A stretch of DNA of 12,315 bases from Candidatus Bathyarchaeum sp. (GCA_026014495.1 JAOZIF010000066.1:1-12315); one strand, 5' to 3'; positions 1 through 6,362 are shown, counted from the first letter of the stretch. Numbers and translations: made by a program. Notes: a model not told the origin generated them from the sequence alone.

Positions 1-54
1 GACATCTGCTTGACGTGCAGAAGGTCGCCGGTTCAAATCCGGTCCGGCCCACCA
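1..54 (+). tRNA. tRNA-Val(GAC), 5' end cut off by the window edge, CCA encoded
   Basis: Anticodon stem TCTGC/GCAGA (5-9/17-21) encloses the 7-nt loop TTGACGT (anticodon GAC). The T-arm is GCCGG-TTCAAAT-CCGGT (27-43), the acceptor 3' strand is CCGGCCC (44-50), and ACCA follows (51-54). There is no intron in the anticodon loop. Confidence 0.95.
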
Positions 55-65
55 GTAACTGTTTC

Positions 66-689
66 TTAGTAGTATAGTGTCGTGAATATTACAAAGCCAA
101 CCATCAATGAGATTAGTGTTCCGACCAGAGTTTGTGCAAAGGTGTGGTTGTTTAGTTTTATTCTTGACCAGCCTACTAATCCTACAATTGGAGTCAAGGG
201 TAGGGCATTGATGCCAAATACAAAAACGAGCGCGAAAATTGGTCCGGTTACGCCTGCACAGTGAATGCTGACTTTCCAGAACCAGTTAACTGCCATTAGG
301 ATTATTGAAACAAATAGTGAACCTAGTGCTAGCAAAAACATTATTTTTGTGTTGGTGACCGAGAAAATTATGGCTGCAGCTAAGTAGCTGCTTATTGCAA
401 TTAGGTAAAATGGGGTTCTTTCTTTTCTTTGTGAAACGTACAAGTCGACAACGTTTTTTTGGCGAAAATACAGTATTGCTAAGAATGGAAAGACTGCGAA
501 GCAAAACAGGCAGAGCATGATGCTAAATGGTGCAGAAAGTATGCCCAAGCCAATTGGTGACCAAAGAGAAAAGCAGATAGTAGCCACTATTGCCATTGTT
601 GGTGGTGCAACAAATATGGAGATAAAGTTTGCTAAATCTTTGCCAATTTCTGTTTGTGGCTTTTGGCTGACTTTTTTTCTGAACACCAT
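66..689 (-). CDS. Multi-pass membrane protein, PAP2 (phosphatidic acid phosphatase/haloperoxidase)-like superfamily
   Basis: 207-aa ORF with about 6 hydrophobic segments. WKVSIHCAG resembles the PAP2 C2 motif and WSRIKLNNHTFAQ resembles the C3 motif SRxxxxxHxxxD. The C1 motif is not canonical. Confidence 0.75.
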   Translation of the reverse strand: MVFRKKVSQKPQTEIGKDLANFISIFVAPPTMAIVATICFSLWSPIGLGILSAPFSIMLCLFCFAVFPFLAILYFRQKNVVDLYVSQRKERTPFYLIAISSYLAAAIIFSVTNTKIMFLLALGSLFVSIILMAVNWFWKVSIHCAGVTGPIFALVFVFGINALPLTPIVGLVGWSRIKLNNHTFAQTLVGTLISLMVGFVIFTTLYY

Positions 690-725
690 TCGGATTATCT
701 CTGACTTAGTGTAGTTGACAGATTT

Positions 726-896
726 TTATAATGTTATGAAAGGGGAATACGTAGTGATACTTAGCTTTTCCTCTTTTGGTAATTTTTCTTCATTTTTACA
801 GTCAATTTTTAATTCAACTTTGGCTGCAAACTTGATTTCTCTTTGATTAATCGTTATACAGACGCTTGCCCGTTCAACTCTGGACTTGTCTGCCAT
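726..896 (-). CDS. Small hypothetical protein, 56 aa, not in the ORF track
   Basis: Hand translation from the ATG at 896 to the TAA at 726-728 gives MADKSRVERASVCITINQREIKFAAKVELKIDCKNEEKLPKEEKLSITTYSPFITL. It fills an otherwise empty gap and is co-oriented with the PAP2-like gene. Confidence 0.45.
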   Translation of the reverse strand: MADKSRVERASVCITINQREIKFAAKVELKIDCKNEEKLPKEEKLSITTYSPFITL

Positions 897-953
897 CTTT
901 TTATGGAAAACAATTTTACTCTAATCTGCAGATTGTATTGTTGTGGTCTGGCG

Positions 954-1196
954 ATGTCTGGTGTTGATGTTTCACGGGAGGCTAAAGACGATCAGGTTAA
1001 TGTTTGTGCGTCATGTGTGAGCACGGTTGTTCAATCTTTCACTCATTTTAGGGAGCAGATTGAGCGCTTGGAGTTGGAGAATGCGAAGCTTCAGATGGAG
1101 TTGGATGCTGCGAAACAAGAGCAAAAAGAGCAGAAGCGTATTATGAAAAAGAAAATTAAGGCTTTGCAAGATAAGTTGGTTTTGTCAGAGCCGTGA
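954..1196 (+). CDS. Small coiled-coil protein with a single CxxC motif (80 aa)
   Basis: Same frame as track ORF 843..1196. I prefer the ATG at 954 because the upstream extension overlaps the 726..896 ORF. VCASCV is followed by heptad repeats (IERLELENAKLQMELDAAKQE...). A T-rich tract follows the stop. Confidence 0.65.
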   Translation: MSGVDVSREAKDDQVNVCASCVSTVVQSFTHFREQIERLELENAKLQMELDAAKQEQKEQKRIMKKKIKALQDKLVLSEP

Positions 1197-1301
1197 CGGT
1201 TTTTGTTGGTGGCTGTTTAGCTGTTTGTTTTAAATTGGGTGTGGAATATGCAAACTAATATCTAGTTGTATTTCTATTGTGTACTCTAGGGGAAACTGTA
1301 A

Positions 1302-1493
1302 ATGTTATTTGAGTGTCCTGATTGTGATGGAAAAATATCTAGATACTATGCTGAATTAAGAGTTTGTCAAGACTGCAAAAAAGTTGTTAACATTGCTGAG
1401 TTACTCAAGCTTCTCAAAAACTTGGGAGTAACTGACCAAAACGTTAGACGCGTCCAAGATAATCTGACCTATCCAAGATTGTTTGCAATCTAG
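1302..1493 (+). CDS. Small Zn-ribbon protein (CPDC...CQDC)
   Basis: 63-aa ORF with an ATG start and two CxxC knuckles (C5/C8, C22/C25), followed by an amphipathic helix. Confidence 0.75.
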   Translation: MLFECPDCDGKISRYYAELRVCQDCKKVVNIAELLKLLKNLGVTDQNVRRVQDNLTYPRLFAI

Positions 1494-1600
1494 TTTATTG
1501 TTAACTGTAGACATCAAGTGCATTTGCTGAGTTATCTTTGTGAATGGCACGTGTAAGCTTTAGTTAACCTGATTGTGTCCTTTTTGTGCAGTTTGTCTTT

Positions 1601-1783
1601 TTATATGGCGGATATTAGTTCCCTTAGAGATTGTGTTTCTTGTTTTAGACTACCAATCTCTTTTTCAAGCTTTATTGCTCTTCCATTTGCTTCTTGTTTT
1701 AGTTTCTTAATTTCGTTATTGAGTTGTTTTCTTTCTGTTTGGAGTTTTTCAATCTTCTTTTTTAGTTCATTAACTGGTAGCAT
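1601..1783 (-). CDS. Small coiled-coil-only protein (60 aa)
   Basis: Continuous Leu/Ile heptads with E/K-rich flanks. It aligns without gaps to the C-terminus of ORF 1963..2364. Confidence 0.75.
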   Translation of the reverse strand: MLPVNELKKKIEKLQTERKQLNNEIKKLKQEANGRAIKLEKEIGSLKQETQSLRELISAI

Positions 1784-1962
1784 CTTAATCAGCGTTATAT
1801 GCCGTCTTTTGATTCAATATATTCTTTATTACAGACTCCGATACATTAAACAGAACAACATACCGCCAGCAGTCAATATGTGAAACATTGTTGCAACTGG
1901 ACTATTTTCATGTACGTAACAAGCAATAATATTTAGATGAATACACTACAACCTCGGTAAGT

Positions 1963-2364
1963 ATGAAAGCCATCAAATGCCCCTGCGAATCCTGCAGAAA
2001 AGAAGTCAGAAACCCAATCATAGTTACCAACTTTTCGAATGCATCAAAAAAAGAAACCTATTACGCTTGCCCCTACTGCTTAACAAAAATTGAAACCCCA
2101 CTAAACGAATCCAACTGCACACCAGACAACACAAACGCTGTTCAGCCTGAAAACCTCACAACCCAAAAAAGAGCCTCAGGTCAGCGTCATTCGTCTCAGG
2201 CAGTTATGATGGAAAAACTTGAGACCTTAGAAAAACAAAAAACAGATTTGCTAGCAGAACTGGATAAACTGCGAACTGATGCAATGCAAAAAATATGCAA
2301 CCTGCAAGATGAAGTAGATGCCCTCAGGAAAGAAGCAGATATTCTGAAAAAGTTGACGGCATAA
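1963..2364 (+). CDS. Zn-finger plus C-terminal coiled-coil protein (133 aa)
   Basis: N-terminal CPCESC...YYACPYC, then a low-complexity linker, then about 47 aa of heptad repeats. Confidence 0.8.
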   Translation: MKAIKCPCESCRKEVRNPIIVTNFSNASKKETYYACPYCLTKIETPLNESNCTPDNTNAVQPENLTTQKRASGQRHSSQAVMMEKLETLEKQKTDLLAELDKLRTDAMQKICNLQDEVDALRKEADILKKLTA

Positions 2365-2476
2365 CCACTTCTTAATTGGACCTTTTGGCAGAAGGCTAAA
2401 GAAGATTTGCAGCCTAGCCGCTAACCCTCTGACGGTTTAGTTCCATCAACTAACCTTTTTGGTGCAGAACTGGGAC

Positions 2477-2596
2477 TTAACGGATTCTAAATTCGTTCAA
2501 AGGAGTGTTATCTTTTGGGCACACTGCTTGTTTGAGTTTTCTGTCCCATGTAACTGCAGTCCCATTGCATTCTGGGCAACAATAATTCGTCAACAA
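2477..2596 (-). CDS. Zn-ribbon micro-protein (38-39 aa), not in the ORF track
   Basis: Hand translation gives MLTNYCCPECNGTAVTWDRKLKQAVCPKDNTPLNEFRIR. There are tandem TTG starts at 2596 and 2593, just after an SD-like GAGGGGG (minus strand, 2606-2600), with an in-frame stop upstream. The knuckles are CPEC and CPKD. Confidence 0.6.
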   Translation of the reverse strand: MLTNYCCPECNGTAVTWDRKLKQAVCPKDNTPLNEFRIR

Positions 2597-2760
2597 TAGC
2601 CCCCTCAGGGTATACCTTATCGTTTAACATTATAGGTTTTACGCAAAAACAGTTCATAGCGTATTGTAAACTGTATCTGGTACAACCCAAAACTCTAGTT
2701 TATTATAAAGTAAACAATCAAACTAAACCTAACATCTTACATTTACCAGAAATTTGCAGC

Positions 2761-2777
2761 GCTCTTGTCACAAGAGC
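2761..2777. repeat. Perfect inverted repeat GCTCTTG-tca-CAAGAGC (hairpin or operator)
   Basis: 7-bp arms with a 3-nt spacer, lying in intergenic DNA about 40 nt past the stop of 2819..3286. Confidence 0.5.
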
Positions 2778-2818
2778 CCTCTCCTCTAAATGATTTCTAC
2801 ATACCTAATGGCATAAGC

Positions 2819-3286
2819 CTACTTGAACAGCGTAATGTTCGAATGCTTTTTTGCCTTGTCTATTAGCGGTCCTTTTACACAAAAACCTAATCCTAGACTG
2901 CTTCCCCTCACCGAAAGCAAGCGGTCTCCAACAGTTACACCGTATTGTTTCAGGGTTTCCAAGGGAACAACAATGCATCCATTCTTGTTCAAAGTGACCC
3001 AGCAGCACGGCTTTCCAGCAACCGTTATGGTTTTCGCTTCAGGCAACTGAAAACTAGCTAGTTTGGAGTTTTCATCTAATATCCGTGACAGAGGCGAATT
3101 CTGCAGCAATGTTGGCGTAGTTAAAGCAAAACCTCCGGAGCGTCTGCTGCCTGATAACAAAATTACATTGCATGGTAGTTTAAGGTCATATTCTGCAAGG
3201 GCTTCATCAGGAACCACAACTTTTCCGTTACTGCCCACTTCTGACCAACCGTAAACATGTTTGCCTCCCTTTACGAGTTGGGGCAC
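2819..3286 (-). CDS. Protein with two tandem AbrB/SpoVT/MraZ-like (swapped-hairpin) repeats, possible DNA-binding regulator
   Basis: GTG start with an upstream GGTGA SD. Two ungapped 40-aa repeats, W14-F53 and WVTLNKNG...GLGF, share 13/40 identities and the pattern NGxhVVPxExLxxY. Confidence 0.7.
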   Translation of the reverse strand: MPQLVKGGKHVYGWSEVGSNGKVVVPDEALAEYDLKLPCNVILLSGSRRSGGFALTTPTLLQNSPLSRILDENSKLASFQLPEAKTITVAGKPCCWVTLNKNGCIVVPLETLKQYGVTVGDRLLSVRGSSLGLGFCVKGPLIDKAKKHSNITLFK

Positions 3287-3377
3287 AAGTTTTCACCACG
3301 CATAGCTACGTTAAATGGCGTTAAATATTGATTGTAGGCAAAAGTCATATTTTCTGTTTCATCCAATATACACTTGA

Positions 3378-3794
3378 TTGGCTTTGTCTGATGTTGAAGG
3401 CTCGCTTAATTCTCTCAACCAAAAGCTGGACTGGATAATCAACAGACTCAATTATCTGGAAAATGTCCTCACAGAAAGCCAACAATATCCCGAGGTTGTC
3501 GATTTTCTTCAAAGCCTAAAACTGGGAACTGCCCTATACGGGGAACCCCTAAAAACACTCAACCGTATCGTGTCCGCACGTAAACTCATAGACTCAACCG
3601 CTCAAAAAGACGAGATAACCAAAATAATTCTTAACTACATTGCAGTGAAAGGACCCAAAAACATCAGCGAGCTTACACGCGAAATAAAACGTCAACGTGG
3701 AAAAGCTTCACGCACTACAATCAGAAACAGAGTAACACAGCTAGTCAAAGCAAGTAATCTATTAAAAGATGGAAACCGCTACTGCCTACCTTGA
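3378..3794 (+). CDS. Winged helix-turn-helix transcriptional regulator with N-terminal coiled-coil segment
   Basis: C-terminal IILNYIAVKGPKNISELTREIKRQRGKASRTTIRNRVTQLVKASNLLKDGNRYCL fits an ArsR/MarR-like wHTH with a wing. The N-terminal heptads are LNSLNQKLDWIINRLNYLENVL. Confidence 0.75.
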   Translation: MALSDVEGSLNSLNQKLDWIINRLNYLENVLTESQQYPEVVDFLQSLKLGTALYGEPLKTLNRIVSARKLIDSTAQKDEITKIILNYIAVKGPKNISELTREIKRQRGKASRTTIRNRVTQLVKASNLLKDGNRYCLP

Positions 3795-3869
3795 CCACCT
3801 AACTGGATAGAATTGTCCAATAACTCTAAACACACTATCCATGCTATACATTATTTGAGGTGAAGAAAC

Positions 3870-4154
3870 ATGAGTGAACATAAAAATGACATTCCAAAAC
3901 CAGAAGAAATCTCTGGACTCTTAGCTGCAGTATCAAAAGAACTCCCTGGACTGGTGAGAGGAATCTTGGATGCCTTCTTTAGCCCACAAGCCGCAGAAGA
4001 CATGGGCAAATCAGTTGCAACATTCTACAAGACACTAAAAGAAGGCGGAATCCCAGAAGAACAAGCACTATTAATGACCAAAGACTACTTGGGCACCCTA
4101 ACAAAATGGAGTGAAACACTCAAAGGAATGAAAATTGGGCACCACGAGGGCTAA
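3870..4154 (+). CDS. Small alpha-helical hypothetical protein (94 aa)
   Basis: ATG preceded by a strong SD, GAGGTGA (3857-3863). It has amphipathic helices and the motif FYKTLKEGGIPEEQALLMTKDY. Confidence 0.85.
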   Translation: MSEHKNDIPKPEEISGLLAAVSKELPGLVRGILDAFFSPQAAEDMGKSVATFYKTLKEGGIPEEQALLMTKDYLGTLTKWSETLKGMKIGHHEG

Positions 4155-4157
4155 ACC

Positions 4158-4409
4158 ATGGGTGCTAAAGCCCTCTTTGTCGACGTTCTATACGGCTCCA
4201 AGCTGGCATTCCAATCCTTAGGTTTAGTCACACAGACTACAATGAAACGACGAAAAGCAAAATCAGCCTTCAAAAAAACTTTGATTAACCAAGGAATCCC
4301 ACCAGAAATAGCAAACGAAATCGCCAAAGAATACCCCAATCCAATAAACGAACTTTTTTCCCTACTCAAAAGCAGCGCATTCAATGAACGAAACCATGAA
4401 CCAGAATAA
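4158..4409 (+). CDS. Small helical hypothetical protein (83 aa), motif-sharing partner of 3870..4154
   Basis: ATG 3 nt after the previous stop, with an SD-like GAGGG inside the upstream gene. Its motif is FKKTLINQGIPPEIANEIAKEY. Confidence 0.8.
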   Translation: MGAKALFVDVLYGSKLAFQSLGLVTQTTMKRRKAKSAFKKTLINQGIPPEIANEIAKEYPNPINELFSLLKSSAFNERNHEPE

Positions 4410-4423
4410 GTAACGGCACTAAC

Positions 4424-4638
4424 GTGCCCAAAATCGCATCCTGCTAGCTGCCCTGTCAGATTTGCTGGCATTTCTTCTAATGATTGTCCCACAATTCACT
4501 AGCACCTTTTGTGGCTTTGAAAGATTCACCGAACAGTACTACTTTGCAATGGGACTTGGAGCACCTCTAATGCTTGCTTGAACCCTCCTACTTTTGTGGG
4601 CATACAAAAAACCAGACACAAGAAAAAATGAACCCTAA
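4424..4638 (+). pseudogene. Probable pseudogene remnant of a small multi-TM membrane protein
   Basis: The frame from 4441 reads LLAALSDLLAFLLMIVPQFTSTFCGFERFTEQYYFAMGLGAPLMLA*TLLLLWAYKKPDTRK. The hydrophobic helix runs straight through the TGA at 4579-4581, which is one change from TGG. There is no in-frame start and an apparent frameshift near 4442. Confidence 0.5.
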
Positions 4639-4734
4639 ACCCTAACGGAACAGCTAACTTCAATCATATTAGAAGACTAATAGAGGTTCATTGTTGAAAA
4701 CTAGGTTTTTTCAGAAAACTGCGCACTAACAAGT

Positions 4735-5859
4735 TTAGATGAACCAGCCAAAAAACAGCCTGTATAGCCTGTGCTCAAGTATTGTCAGAGGAGTGGCTCT
4801 TCCAAAGATTCGGAAATAGTTTTTTCCCATTGATTCAATCATGTCGCCAATGTCATATCTGGGAAACAGACAAGAAGATATTATGAGCCGTCCCCACTCG
4901 CCCCGTTCCAGTTCATGGAGCATTTTTGTACCCTTACCTGTTTTTACCTCAAAATAGTAAGCATCATAATTCGGCGAGACATATGGCAAATCATCAAGCT
5001 GCTGCATAAACGCCCCCTCTGTGGCACTGTACATCTCAACTATTGGAACCTCACCAAAATGTTTTCTGAGAACCGGACCATACTTGAACTGAATCTTTCT
5101 CACACTGGTGCAAACAATCACCTTAAAATTCCACAAATCTTTAGGCTGTTTTCCATGTTTAGTTTTGATGTATCTGGCAAAAGCAGTTATTACAGGCGTC
5201 ACACCAATAGCCGCTACCACTGGCTGATCTAGGGCACTTTGGTAGACCAACTCAAAACGCTTCTCCCAGTCAGCTTTTGAAATTCCGCAACCCAACGCAT
5301 CTATCTCTTCTTGTCTAGGCAAAAGGCTAACCTGATTTAGCATTGGATTAAGTTTCGCGTAGGTTCCTGAACTGTATCCATACGCAATTTTTTGTTCACC
5401 ATCATCCATTGTGGCTACTGTAGAAGGAAAATTAAGATTCAGTATCTTACCCGCCAAAACATCCATGCTCCCTGTTCTGAATGCATAGTTTGTTATGGCT
5501 CGTGCTCCACAACCAAAAATCTGTTCTATATGCGTCTTTGTAACCGGAATAACCTTAGACTTGCCTGTGCTGCCTCGGGTCATCACCCAGCATACCGGAG
5601 GCTCAGGTAGTATCGCGGAGTAGTTGCCTGCTTTAACTTCTTCAAGGGGTAAACAAAGCCCATGATAATCTACTGTTGGAAAATTTGCACGAAATGCTGT
5701 GCCATCTTTAACTTCGTTAACTGAATGCGTTTTTCCGTAACCTGTTTTCGCGTAACCTTCAAGCAGCGTTTGTAGAACCTGCTGTTGTGCCTTGGCGGGA
5801 TTCTTTAACGCTTCATGCCAAGGGCTAACAATGTGTTTTAGGATGTCTACGCCAATCAT
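4735..5859 (-). CDS. GH3 (auxin-responsive promoter) family acyl-adenylating enzyme, short form
   Basis: 374 aa with the three ANL/GH3 nucleotide-binding motifs TRGSTGKSKVIP, EMYSATEG and RYDIGD, plus an FGR hinge near the C-terminus. The N-terminal QQQVLQTLL...TGYGK and ANFPTVDY segments are GH3-like. Confidence 0.85.
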   Translation of the reverse strand: MIGVDILKHIVSPWHEALKNPAKAQQQVLQTLLEGYAKTGYGKTHSVNEVKDGTAFRANFPTVDYHGLCLPLEEVKAGNYSAILPEPPVCWVMTRGSTGKSKVIPVTKTHIEQIFGCGARAITNYAFRTGSMDVLAGKILNLNFPSTVATMDDGEQKIAYGYSSGTYAKLNPMLNQVSLLPRQEEIDALGCGISKADWEKRFELVYQSALDQPVVAAIGVTPVITAFARYIKTKHGKQPKDLWNFKVIVCTSVRKIQFKYGPVLRKHFGEVPIVEMYSATEGAFMQQLDDLPYVSPNYDAYYFEVKTGKGTKMLHELERGEWGRLIISSCLFPRYDIGDMIESMGKNYFRIFGRATPLTILEHRLYRLFFGWFI

Positions 5860-5925
5860 TTCGTTATTACATCAACCAACAAGAGCCTGTGACCCGTTTT
5901 GCTAAAGGAAGTTATGCTTGGAATT

Positions 5926-6330
5926 TTAGGTCTTAGGGTTTCTTTCCTTTGCCTTGACCGAACCTATAACTACGCCTATTATGATTATTGCGCCAATTAT
6001 GATTAAGACAAACGGAAAAACTGAATGAAAAGCAATAACGCCAGACACAGTGAAATAGAACATTAATCCAACCAGTATTAGGATAAAGCCTCCAACAAGT
6101 GGACCTAAAACGCCGAATTCCTGTTTCTCATACTTCTCTTGTTGTTCATTTTTCTCCATCTTCTCTTCTTTTTCGTGTTTCTCGTGTTTTTCCTCTTTTT
6201 CATGCATGACTATTTCAGATTGCCTAGCTTCTCCAGCCTTTAGAGAAGCGCCACACTGGGAGCAAAACGCGTTTTCTTCCTTTACTTCCGAGCCACACTT
6301 ATGACAATATGGCACATTTTTCACCTTCAC
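5926..6330 (-). CDS. Zinc-ribbon domain membrane protein with an xEK repeat linker and two TM helices
   Basis: YCHKCG...FCSQCGASL double knuckle, a charged repeat, then two hydrophobic helices. The real start is probably the GTG at 6315, which has a GGTGA SD 5 nt upstream. Confidence 0.85.
   Translation of the reverse strand: MKVKNVPYCHKCGSEVKEENAFCSQCGASLKAGEARQSEIVMHEKEEKHEKHEKEEKMEKNEQQEKYEKQEFGVLGPLVGGFILILVGLMFYFTVSGVIAFHSVFPFVLIIIGAIIIIGVVIGSVKAKERNPKT
6124..6204 (-). repeat. Coding tandem tripeptide repeat (xEK)9
   Basis: The region reads HEK EEK HEK HEK EEK MEK NEQ QEK YEK, encoded by degenerate 9-bp units. Confidence 0.8.
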
Positions 6331-6362
6331 AAAGTCTAATCTTTTATTATCTTAGTGTTGAG

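Noticed and set aside
82-714. Track ORFs 82..264, 286..504 and 517..714
   Set aside because: They are shadow or alternate frames within the better-supported PAP2-like gene and have no recognisable motifs.
1575-1883. 102-aa Ser/Phe/Leu-rich + strand ORF that looks like a membrane protein
   Set aside because: It is the antisense mirror of the Lys/Glu-rich coiled-coil gene 1601..1783.
2508-2690. 60-aa track ORF on the minus strand
   Set aside because: It has no motif or SD, and it overlaps a frame with a clear SD and paired Zn knuckles (2477..2596).
1-2800. tRNA-anchored integrated element (provirus or genomic island)
   Set aside because: I found no integrase, transposase or viral hallmark gene, and no second copy of the tRNA 3' end (att site) in the window.
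4579-4581. UGA recoding (Trp or Sec readthrough)
   Set aside because: Neighbouring intact genes end in TGA (1194-1196, 3792-3794, 6920-6922), and the same remnant also appears frameshifted, so decay is the simpler explanation.
4631-4645. AACCCTAAACCCTAA, resembling a telomeric repeat
   Set aside because: Only two units in an A/C-rich stretch, which is expected by chance.
2805-5610. Track ORFs 2805..3008, 2823..3050, 3063..3254, 4151..4492, 4915..5232 and 5392..5610
   Set aside because: Each overlaps a better-supported gene and lacks protein-like features.
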